From: Planctomycetota bacterium
GTDB taxonomy: Bacteria; Planctomycetota; GCA-002687715; DRQF01
Length of the DNA stretch: 62,895 nucleotides
NCBI GenBank assembly: GCA_027001995.1
Contig: JALTLO010000043.1
Span: 1-62,895, forward strand
Reading direction: 5' to 3'
Shown piece after piece: positions 48,020-56,709 of the stretch. Numbering within the stretch: the stretch's first letter is position 1; each line of letters starts with the position of its first letter. The notes beneath the pieces are model-generated. The model worked only from the letters and a program-made list of their open reading frames with translations, was not told the DNA's origin and did not search any database. Position numbers and translations under genes: made by a program.

Positions 48020-49030
48020 CTACTTCACTTCCCAGAGGTCGCCTGCATAGATAAGACTCTTAAGGTCTCCTTTTCCATGCTTTTCAGTGGCTTCCTTGAT
48101 TTGTTGATGAACACCGGCGTCGAATGATACGCGCTTGGTATTACGGAAGACACCGATGGGAGTTGGCATAACCCCTTCTTCCATGCCTGCCAGCAAATAG
48201 GCCAGTGCTGGGTTGGCATCCATGTCCCAAGTGAGGATGGCATCTTCGTCGGTGCCTGCAAGTGGCACAACTTTGGGTGCGAAGCCATCCATGACAATGG
48301 CTTTGTCTTTTTCTTTGCCAAAGATCAACTTTTGTCCGTGCTGGAGGTCGACCAATTGGTCGGCCCGCACGTCGCGACCTGTGACATGTTCGAAAGCGCC
48401 ATCGTTGAAGATGTTGCAGTTTTGGAAGATCTCGATGAAGGCGCTGCCTTCGTGTTGGGCAGCTTGCATCAAGACGTCTTGCAAGTGAGGTCCCATGACA
48501 TCAATGGAACGGGCAATGAAGGAAGCCTTCGATGCCAGGGCCAAGTGAATCGGGTTAAACGGTGTATCCAATGATCCCATGGGGGATGTTTTGGTCACTT
48601 TGCCCAAAGGGCTGGTGGGAGAGTATTGACCCTTTGTCAAACCGTAGATTCTGTTGTTGAACATCAGGATCTTAAGATTGACCCGGCGCCGTAAAGCATG
48701 GATCAAATGGTTGCCACCAATGGACATGGCATCACCATCTCCGGTCACCAACCAAACATCTAAGTCTGGGTTGGCGATCTTGACTCCAGATGCAATGGCG
48801 GGAGCGCGACCGTGGATGGTGTGAAAGCCGTAGGTTTCCATGTAGTAGGGGAATCGACTAGAACAGCCAATGCCTGACACGAAGACCACATCTTCTTTCT
48901 TGCGACCCAATTTTGCCATGACGGCTTGGATGGAGTTGAGGATGGCATAATCGCCACACCCTGGACACCAGCGCACGTCTTGGTCGGTTTTGAAGTCTTT
49001 TTTCTTCAAAGGTGCTGTTTCGGTAGCCAT
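48020..49030 (-). CDS. korB: 2-oxoacid:ferredoxin oxidoreductase subunit beta
   Basis: WCPGCGDY, SGIGCSSR, HGRAP, TPP motif GDGDAMSIGGNH...NNRIYGLTKGQYSPT. Substrate specificity cannot be determined from sequence. Confidence 0.93.
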   Translation of the reverse strand: MATETAPLKKKDFKTDQDVRWCPGCGDYAILNSIQAVMAKLGRKKEDVVFVSGIGCSSRFPYYMETYGFHTIHGRAPAIASGVKIANPDLDVWLVTGDGDAMSIGGNHLIHALRRRVNLKILMFNNRIYGLTKGQYSPTSPLGKVTKTSPMGSLDTPFNPIHLALASKASFIARSIDVMGPHLQDVLMQAAQHEGSAFIEIFQNCNIFNDGAFEHVTGRDVRADQLVDLQHGQKLIFGKEKDKAIVMDGFAPKVVPLAGTDEDAILTWDMDANPALAYLLAGMEEGVMPTPIGVFRNTKRVSFDAGVHQQIKEATEKHGKGDLKSLIYAGDLWEVK

Positions 49031-49034
49031 GTTA

Positions 49035-50900
49035 TTACCCCAGGTACTCGTTGACTTTTGCGATGATTTCGTTGGTCATGAATGGAAGCCCTGTCACTTT
49101 GGTGAAGGACTCGACTTGGATGCAAGTCTTACCCTGCAACACAAGCGACAACTGACCCTTGTTCATTTCTGGCACGATGACGTGATCGAACTTGGCAAGC
49201 GTCTCAGCCAGCCCCTTCGGGAAGGGGTTAAGGTGGCGGAGGTGAGCTTGAGCAACGGAGCGGCCAGCGGTCCGTAGTTCTTCGACCGCGGCTGTGATGG
49301 CACCCAAGGTTGAGCCCCAACCTAAGACCAAGACTTTGTCGTCTGTGCTACCGGCCATCAAAGAGAACTCTGGGATGTCGTTGGCGATACGCTCGACCTT
49401 TTCCATGCGAAGATCGGTCATCTTCTGATGGTTACTTGGGTCGTAGCAGACGTTGCCGCTGAGGTCCTCTTTTTCCAAACCGCCGATGCGGTGTTGCAAG
49501 CCCGGTGTTCCTGGGACTGCCCATGGACGAGCCAGAGTTGTTTCATCGCGGCCATATGGCTGATAAGTCTCTTTGTCGGCTTCAGTTGGACGGTTGACTT
49601 CTAAGTTTGGCAATGTGTCCAAATCGGGCAAGAGCCATGGCTCAGCACCGTTGGCAATGTAACCATCGGTGAGAAGTACCACAGGAGTCATGTATTTGAG
49701 GGCGATTCGACTGGCTTCAATGGTGGCGTCGAAAGCTTCCGATGAAGAGCAAGATGCGACGACAGGAATTGGACTATCACCGTTTCGACCGTAGAGGCAT
49801 TGAAGAAGGTCAGATTGCTCTGTCTTTGTTGGCATACCAGTGGAAGGTCCGCCTCTTTGAACATTGACGATGACCAAAGGCAGCTCTGTCATGACCGCCA
49901 AGTTCATGGCTTCTGACTTAAGGGCAATGCCTGGTCCACTGGTGGTTGTGACTGCAAAACTACCGGCGAAGGACGCGCCAATAGCGGAGCAAATGCCAGC
50001 GATTTCGTCTTCTGCTTGGAATGTTACCACGCCAAAGTTCTTATAGGCCGCGAGCTGCTGCAAGATATCTGTCGCTGGGGTGATGGGGTACGAGCCCAAG
50101 AAAAGTGGCAACTTTGCCTGCAAACTGGCGGCAATGAGCCCCAAGCCAACTGCCATGTTGCCCTGAATGTTACGGTAGGTACCAGGAGTCAACTTGGCCT
50201 TGGGCACCTCGTATTGGGATTGGAACTCGCCGGTGATGTCGGCGTAGTTGTAACCCGCTTTCAGGACTGCAATGTTGGCAGCGGCAATTTCCGGCCGCTT
50301 CTTCTTCTGACCGAATTCTCGGTCAAGGTAGCTAATGGTGGTTTCCATTGGCCGCTGGTAGAGCCAATAGACAATACCGAGAGCGAAGAAGTTCTTGCAG
50401 CGCATGACAACCTTGGGCCCCAAACCGTGGTCTTTCAGCGTTTCTTTGGTGAGTTTGTTGAGGGGCACTTTGACAGCTCGGTAGCCATCGAGGGTGCTGT
50501 CTTCGAGGGGACTGACTTCGTACTTGGCTTTTTGCAAGTCGCCCTTTTCGAAATTATCACTGTTGATGATGACGATGCCACCGGGCTTCAGATCCTTGAG
50601 GTTGGTCTTGAGAGCCGCCGGGTTCATGGCGATCAGGACATCCGGCTGGTCTCCCGGCGTATGGATGTCAAAACTCGAAAAACGAACTTGAAAACCAGAA
50701 ACACCAGGGATCGTTCCAGCTGGAGCGCGAATCTCCGCAGGATAATCTGGGAAGGTGGCAAGATCGTTGCCAAAAATCGCAGAAGTGTTGGTGAATTGGG
50801 TACCGGTGATTTGCATTCCATCGCCAGAGTCACCGGCAAAGCGGATCGTGGCTTGTTTGATGGTCTCGACCTGGTGGCCGTCATTGTTCTCGGAGTTCAT
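49035..50900 (-). CDS. korA: 2-oxoacid:ferredoxin oxidoreductase subunit alpha (fused gamma-alpha)
   Basis: IRFAGDSGDG, YPAEIRAP, YPITPAT, QAEDEIA, TSGPG, QRGGPSTG, HRIGGLEK, VPEMN. Start is ATG 50900 or 50936. Confidence 0.93.
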   Translation of the reverse strand: MNSENNDGHQVETIKQATIRFAGDSGDGMQITGTQFTNTSAIFGNDLATFPDYPAEIRAPAGTIPGVSGFQVRFSSFDIHTPGDQPDVLIAMNPAALKTNLKDLKPGGIVIINSDNFEKGDLQKAKYEVSPLEDSTLDGYRAVKVPLNKLTKETLKDHGLGPKVVMRCKNFFALGIVYWLYQRPMETTISYLDREFGQKKKRPEIAAANIAVLKAGYNYADITGEFQSQYEVPKAKLTPGTYRNIQGNMAVGLGLIAASLQAKLPLFLGSYPITPATDILQQLAAYKNFGVVTFQAEDEIAGICSAIGASFAGSFAVTTTSGPGIALKSEAMNLAVMTELPLVIVNVQRGGPSTGMPTKTEQSDLLQCLYGRNGDSPIPVVASCSSSEAFDATIEASRIALKYMTPVVLLTDGYIANGAEPWLLPDLDTLPNLEVNRPTEADKETYQPYGRDETTLARPWAVPGTPGLQHRIGGLEKEDLSGNVCYDPSNHQKMTDLRMEKVERIANDIPEFSLMAGSTDDKVLVLGWGSTLGAITAAVEELRTAGRSVAQAHLRHLNPFPKGLAETLAKFDHVIVPEMNKGQLSLVLQGKTCIQVESFTKVTGLPFMTNEIIAKVNEYLG

Positions 50901-51042
50901 GGTGTGAACTGCTGCCGATCCTGGTTCGTCTGGCATAAACCGTTTTGAATTAGAGGTTTGTGCGGACTGCCCCGAGATCGAACTCCTCTTAGAGAAGAAA
51001 ATAGTCAACGTATGACTCGTCCCGCAGGGAAACGAGCGGACG

Positions 51043-51071
51043 ATTATAATTAGGGCTCATCTGAGAACCAA
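51043..51071 (-). promoter_or_regulatory. Putative sigma70 promoter for the oxidoreductase operon
   Basis: Minus strand TTGGTT-17 nt-TATAAT. Confidence 0.45.
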
Positions 51072-51281
51072 CGGCAGGTTTTCATTCATTCCACAATGGG
51101 TATTTATGGGAGCTGGGGAATAGGGCGTCATCGTTGCCATGAAAGAAGATGAAGTCGGAAATATCCCGGCCTTGAGAGCCGATCATAGAGATTGCCAATG
51201 AGTGAGCCGGCCTGCTGGCCGGAAACTGAGACAACCTGTGTGCCGACCGCTCCCCGGGCCATTTTGCCTGGGTGGAACCAC

Positions 51282-52277
51282 CTATTCGCCTTTATACCGT
51301 CTCGTCATGAGATGGGTGACGGCTTTCCGTGGGTCTTTGTTGCGAAACAACACGTGATAAACCTGTGTTGTGATCGGCATATCTATGCTCTTTTTCTTGG
51401 CTAAGTTGAACACACTTCTTGTTGTGCCCACGCCTTCAGCCACCTTCGGGGTTTCCCCCAGAATGTCTTGGAGAGTTTCGCCCCGGCCCAATCGCTCTCC
51501 CACCGCCCGATTTCTGCCGAATGGCGAGAACGCTGTTGTCATCAGGTCGCCCACCCCAGCCATGCCATAGAAAGTTTTTCTCTTGGCTCCCAAGGCGCAT
51601 CCGAGGCTAATGATCTCAGCCAATCCCCGGGTGAGAAGCGCCGATTTTGTGTTGTCCCCGAAACCTAAACCATCGGTGATGCCCGCAGCTAAGGCGATGA
51701 TGTTCTTCAGGGCACCGCTGAATTCGACTCCGAAGAGATCCTCGTTGGTATAGGCCCGAAAGGATGGGGTGGATATCTCTTTCTGTAGCCTCTGGTTGAG
51801 GGCCTTGTTGTGAGAAGAGATGGTGACCGTGGTGGGAAGCATCTTGGCCACTTCTTCAGCGTGGCTCGGCCCAGAAAGGCAGACCACGGGGTTCTTGCGA
51901 CCGACGTACTCTTTGATCACCTCCGTGGGCCGCAAGAAGGACTTGTTTTCAATTCCCTTGGTCAGAGAGACGATGGGTATGCCTTTGGGGGCAAGATGTC
52001 CGAGTTCTTCCCAGGTCTTACGCAGGTACTTCGTTGGGACTGCGGAGAGGATGGTGTCAGCCTCTTGGATGGAGCCCTCGGCGTCGGTGGTGATTTCGAA
52101 GCTGGGGTGGAACTTGTATCCTGGCAGGAAAATCGTGTTCTCGCGCTTTTTCTGCATTTTCTTGACGTAAAGCTCGTCATGGCCCACGAGAAGGATGCGC
52201 CGATTTGGTTTCTCGGCCATGATCGCCGCCATGGCCGTTCCCCAACCTCCAGCTCCAATCACACAGATCGTCTTCAT
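51282..52277 (-). CDS. gpsA: NAD(P)H-dependent glycerol-3-phosphate dehydrogenase
   Basis: VIGAGGWGTA, TKGIE, LSGPSHAEEV, GALKNIIA, GVGDL, RN, AEGV. True start is ATG 52277, overlapping the plsY stop. Confidence 0.97.
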   Translation of the reverse strand: MKTICVIGAGGWGTAMAAIMAEKPNRRILLVGHDELYVKKMQKKRENTIFLPGYKFHPSFEITTDAEGSIQEADTILSAVPTKYLRKTWEELGHLAPKGIPIVSLTKGIENKSFLRPTEVIKEYVGRKNPVVCLSGPSHAEEVAKMLPTTVTISSHNKALNQRLQKEISTPSFRAYTNEDLFGVEFSGALKNIIALAAGITDGLGFGDNTKSALLTRGLAEIISLGCALGAKRKTFYGMAGVGDLMTTAFSPFGRNRAVGERLGRGETLQDILGETPKVAEGVGTTRSVFNLAKKKSIDMPITTQVYHVLFRNKDPRKAVTHLMTRRYKGE

Positions 52278-52900
52278 TTCTTCTTTTCCCAACTTCTGTC
52301 TTCTTCGCCGCGGAAGATCCGTTTGATGTTTGAGTGGTGCATGATCGTGACCAAGGTGGCGACTGCGATCAAAAAAGACTCGTAGGCCCAAAAATTCTCG
52401 CCATTGGAAGTCCAGAGATACCAAATGGGCATGCTGATGGCCGCCAGGACGCTGGCTGCCGATACTAAGCGGGTACTAGCGGCCACCAAGATCCAAGTTA
52501 GAATGGAGCAAAGGCCAGTCCAAGGTGCTAACGCCAAGACAACTCCAGAACCGGTGGCGACGCCTTTCCCTCCTCGAAACTTGAGGTAAAAGGGGAATAT
52601 GTGCCCGATCACTGTGAGGAAACCGCCCGCGATTGGCAAAGGAATGTTGTTCCAAATTGGATCATCCGCCAACAAATACGGGACGCAAGTGCCGATCAAG
52701 CCTTTGGCGAAGTCGAGTAAGTAAATGATAACAGCCCACTTCTTGCCCAAGAGCCGCCCCGCATTGGTGGCACCAAGATTGCCGCTGCCAAAGGTGCGAA
52801 GATCGCAGCCTTTCACTTTCCAGGTGATCAAGTACGACCATGAGATCGAACCCAACAGGTAAGAAACAAGGCACCAGATTAAGAAGGGCGTGGCATTCAT
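52274..52900 (-). CDS. plsY: Glycerol-3-phosphate acyltransferase PlsY
   Basis: GSGNLGATNAGR, DFAKG, GHIFP...FRGGKGVAT, HHSNIKR. Confidence 0.97.
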   Translation of the reverse strand: MNATPFLIWCLVSYLLGSISWSYLITWKVKGCDLRTFGSGNLGATNAGRLLGKKWAVIIYLLDFAKGLIGTCVPYLLADDPIWNNIPLPIAGGFLTVIGHIFPFYLKFRGGKGVATGSGVVLALAPWTGLCSILTWILVAASTRLVSAASVLAAISMPIWYLWTSNGENFWAYESFLIAVATLVTIMHHSNIKRIFRGEEDRSWEKKK

Positions 52901-54726
52901 GGTTGTTCTATATTGCCGAAGAAGCGATCTCTCAGGTTTTTCATGCTGCTGTCACCGAAGGTGAAGCGAAACTTGCCTCGTCGGATTTCCGCCAGACGAA
53001 TAGGCAGTGTTACCAAACTTCCTCGACGCTCAACGGTGATTGTGGTCGGTGACCCAGAAGGAAAAAGTCGAATTTCTCGGTCAAGTGCTTTGCTGGCGTT
53101 CTTGCCTGCGAAGCGAATCACCCGGTCGCCGAGTTGGAGCCCTGCCCGAGCAGCGGCCCCGTTGCTGGCCACACTTACGATTTTCGTGCCACGAAGTTGG
53201 GCGCCGAATTGAGAATGACTCCCGGCATCGGCATCGATGACAAACCCAGATTCCCTGGCAATTTCTTTGTAAGGGCGGACAGCCGTGTCATTGAGTAGGT
53301 TGTTGGCCAAAATCCCCACACCTCGACTGCCTACCTCTTGGCAAGCCAAAAGGAAGGTTTTCTCCCCGATCCGGTTTCGCTGGCGAAGCAGGAAGGGGAG
53401 AAGGGCCGACAGATCTTTTTCGCCTTCACTGTCACGGATCGTGGCTAGGTCGAGAAGCAAAAGGACTACAAGACCTCGGTCTGTGGCATCAAAGAACTGG
53501 TTTCTCTGATTCGAGCTGGCGAATTGTCCCGGGCTGTCTTGACGCAAAGCCATGTTGGTGGCGGCTTCCTGGAGAGTCATCAAGCGCTTCGCTGGTTCAG
53601 ATTCGACCCGGTTGATGACTTGAGCCAAGCTAGCCAGAAGCTGTTGTTCTCCCATGAGGCCGCATCTTTGCATCAAGTGAAGGCCGAAGTACTTGCCCAG
53701 TGCCTCTGGAAGCCAAGCCATGGGGTCGACGAGGAGTCGATCGAAGTCAACTTGATTCCAATCCACGGGCTGAAGGACTTTGTTCAAGTGCACTTGGGCC
53801 GTGAGATTTGCGAAAGACTGGAGAGCAGCCCCCACGCTTCTTTCTGAAATGGCGTCGACTTGACCTATGCTCATGGAGTGGGATCCTGCGGCTTCGCATG
53901 ATTGGCCATGACCCAAACCAAAGGAGAAAGCCACGAAGAGATCTTTCTTTTTCTTGCTTGGCCCAAAATACTGGTGGCTTTTCTTGAGCAGTTCTTCAAC
54001 GCCTTGAGCCACTTGATTGCTATAGGTTGAACTCTGAGGGGAGACGATGATTTGGGTTACTTGGCCATCAATCGTGACTTGATGCTCACTGTAAGAGCCC
54101 AAGTGAATGGGGGCTTGAATGAAACTGCCATAGCTCGAAGCGGTATAGGAATTCGGACGATCAAGAGCATCCAAGGAAGAATAACTGTTCCACTTGAGGG
54201 TCTCCGGTAAACCTAAGTAAACCGAGAGGCTCTGGTTCCGTCGTCCTTCGACGTACATACAAATCGAACCTGGGTGGAGGATTCCTCCTTGGTCGTTGAC
54301 CAAGCTTGTGCCGTTGCTGAGTCTGGGGCTATGGACCCGGTATTTGAAGACAAAGTCCTCTCCCCCGGCGCGAATTCGCCAACGGTTGGCGCCGACTCGA
54401 TTGATGTTGAGGGTTTTTGCTCCTCGGCCTCGGGCGTTGACGCGGCTCACCAAGGCCGCAAAGTCGTCTCGGATCAAGCGTCGGGGTGCCCAGGTTGGCA
54501 TGACGAATTCGACGAAACGATCGTTGTGATTCTCGACCAAGATCGAGACTTCGACATCATGACTGGCTGGATTCGGGATTGATAGGTGATAGGTGAGATC
54601 GGCCTGCCCCGAGACTTGGGGGCGGGGGATCGTCCTATCTGAGGAGCCACGGGTCCCGGTTTCGGATTCACCCGTTGTGGCACAGGACGTCAAGATGACG
54701 AGTATGAGTAGAATAATCTTCTGCAT
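52897..54726 (-). CDS. M61 glycyl-aminopeptidase-like lipoprotein with PDZ domain, catalytic motifs degenerate
   Basis: Lipobox LTSC; M61-like N-terminus (YHLSIPNPASH...MPTWAP, APIHLG); PDZ (GAAARAGLQLGDRV); no HExxH at the expected position. Confidence 0.75.
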   Translation of the reverse strand: MQKIILLILVILTSCATTGESETGTRGSSDRTIPRPQVSGQADLTYHLSIPNPASHDVEVSILVENHNDRFVEFVMPTWAPRRLIRDDFAALVSRVNARGRGAKTLNINRVGANRWRIRAGGEDFVFKYRVHSPRLSNGTSLVNDQGGILHPGSICMYVEGRRNQSLSVYLGLPETLKWNSYSSLDALDRPNSYTASSYGSFIQAPIHLGSYSEHQVTIDGQVTQIIVSPQSSTYSNQVAQGVEELLKKSHQYFGPSKKKKDLFVAFSFGLGHGQSCEAAGSHSMSIGQVDAISERSVGAALQSFANLTAQVHLNKVLQPVDWNQVDFDRLLVDPMAWLPEALGKYFGLHLMQRCGLMGEQQLLASLAQVINRVESEPAKRLMTLQEAATNMALRQDSPGQFASSNQRNQFFDATDRGLVVLLLLDLATIRDSEGEKDLSALLPFLLRQRNRIGEKTFLLACQEVGSRGVGILANNLLNDTAVRPYKEIARESGFVIDADAGSHSQFGAQLRGTKIVSVASNGAAARAGLQLGDRVIRFAGKNASKALDREIRLFPSGSPTTITVERRGSLVTLPIRLAEIRRGKFRFTFGDSSMKNLRDRFFGNIEQP

Positions 54727-54994
54727 GTCTTTCCCAATCCAGGTTCAGGCGCAATGCCATCATAACCTGTGGCTTCCCGGTGCCAAGAAGAAGGAAATGA
54801 AGGAGAAAACGAAATCAGAGTGTTGGCGATGGAAGTCCCAGGCAAAGACCACGATTTTGTGAATCAGTCGGTTTCCCCCGGGTATCTAAGAGATTTCCTG
54901 AGCAAAAAATGAGGCGATCGGGCGCTTTTGGCGGTAGAACTATGGAATGACTTGAATTGGGCCCCCAAAGGGCAAAACCCCGGAGCAGATAAAC

Positions 54995-56644
54995 ATGTCG
55001 CCCAAGAACTTCTGGAGGCTCCCTCTTGCCCTTCTCCTCCTTTCTTTTTGCCAGTTTGCCCCGGCCCAGTCAACGGCTTCCAAGAGTGCAGCGGAGTTGC
55101 GTGGATCGGTGACTCCAGAACGGGCTTGGTGGGATGTCTTGCACTATGACCTGACTGTCGAAGTTTTTCCCAATTTGCGGTCGCTCAAGGGCAAGACGAA
55201 GATCGCCTTTCGCGTTCTTTCTCCCGGTTCTGTCTTGCAACTTGATCTGCAAAAACCCCTTCAAGTAACCGAAGTTCTCATGGGGTCGACCAGACTTTCT
55301 TTGAGACGAAAAGGCCATGTCTATTGGATTACCTTTCCCAAACAGCTTGAAACCGGAGCCGATGTTGAGATTACCGCGGCTTTTGAGGGCACCCCAACAC
55401 CCAGCCGCAATCCTCCTTGGAGTGGTGGGTTGTCATGGAAGAAAGATAAACAGGGTGCTCACTTTATTGCCACGACTTGTCAAGGTATCGGTGCAAGCAT
55501 TTGGTGGCCGAACAAGGACCATGGCTATGATGAACCGGACAAGGGCATGGACATTCATGTGACGGTTCCCATGAACCTTGTTGCCGTGTCCAACGGCCGC
55601 TTACTCAAAACCGAAATGGACAAGGACCGTAAGACCAAGACATTTCATTGGCAGGTCAAAAACCCTATCAATAATTATGGCGTCAATTTGAACATCGGCG
55701 ACTACGTTCATTTTTCAGAAAAGTATCGAGGCGACTTTGGCACCTTGGACATGGATTACTGGGTTCTCAAACGAGACGAGGCGAAAGCGAGGAAGCATTT
55801 CGTTGAAGCGCCCCGTGTGATCGAGGCCTTCGAATATTGGTTCGGCAAGTATCCTTTTTATGAAGATAGCTACAAGCTGGTACAAGTGCCTTATTTGGGT
55901 ATGGAGCACCAAAGCTCGGTGACCTATGGCAACGGATTCCGTAACGGTTATCGAGGTCGAGATCTGAGCCGGACCGGTGTAGGCTTAAAGTTTGATTTCA
56001 TTATCGTCCATGAGTCGGCCCACGAGTGGTTTGGTAATAACATCTCCATGCGAGATGCTGCCGACATGTGGATTCATGAGGCTTTCGCATGCTACGCCGA
56101 AAGCTTATTTGTTGAGTACTTCTTCACCCGCAAGGAAGCTCAGGACTATATCATTGGCATTCGTGGAAATATCATGAATGACCGTCCTATTATTGGGACT
56201 TACGGAAGAAACGAATCCGGGTCTGGCGACATGTACTACAAGGGAGCAAACATGCTCCACACCCTCCGTCAAGTGATTGACAACGATATCGTGTGGCGTC
56301 GTATCATAATTGGTGTCAACAAGGAATTCTGGCACAAGACAGTGACCACCCAAGAGTTTGAATCTCACATGGGAAAGATGGCTGGTCTTGATCTGAGCCG
56401 GTTCTTTGATCAATACCTGCGGACTAAGAAAGTTCCGCGGCTCATCTACCAAATCGAAGGATCAACCGTGGCCTTTCGTTTCGAAGATGTGGTCGAAGAT
56501 TTTACCATGCCGGTGAAAATAAAAGTGAATGACGAGCTCATTCTTCTGAAGGTCTCTGACAAGATGCAGAAGTATCGGGCCAACAGCCCAATTGAGAAAT
56601 TCGATATCGACCGAAATCTCTACATTCTCTCTCAGGAAGAATGA
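54995..56644 (+). CDS. Secreted M1 family aminopeptidase
   Basis: Signal peptide (APA|QS), VAVSNG, LGMEH, HESAH...WIHE zinc motif, YYKGANMLH. Confidence 0.93.
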   Translation: MSPKNFWRLPLALLLLSFCQFAPAQSTASKSAAELRGSVTPERAWWDVLHYDLTVEVFPNLRSLKGKTKIAFRVLSPGSVLQLDLQKPLQVTEVLMGSTRLSLRRKGHVYWITFPKQLETGADVEITAAFEGTPTPSRNPPWSGGLSWKKDKQGAHFIATTCQGIGASIWWPNKDHGYDEPDKGMDIHVTVPMNLVAVSNGRLLKTEMDKDRKTKTFHWQVKNPINNYGVNLNIGDYVHFSEKYRGDFGTLDMDYWVLKRDEAKARKHFVEAPRVIEAFEYWFGKYPFYEDSYKLVQVPYLGMEHQSSVTYGNGFRNGYRGRDLSRTGVGLKFDFIIVHESAHEWFGNNISMRDAADMWIHEAFACYAESLFVEYFFTRKEAQDYIIGIRGNIMNDRPIIGTYGRNESGSGDMYYKGANMLHTLRQVIDNDIVWRRIIIGVNKEFWHKTVTTQEFESHMGKMAGLDLSRFFDQYLRTKKVPRLIYQIEGSTVAFRFEDVVEDFTMPVKIKVNDELILLKVSDKMQKYRANSPIEKFDIDRNLYILSQEE

Positions 56645-56709
56645 AGAGTTTTGGACGAGATTGGGTGCGATGCAATCCTTGACAGTTCCAAGGCCATGAA
56701 TCTGGCGGG

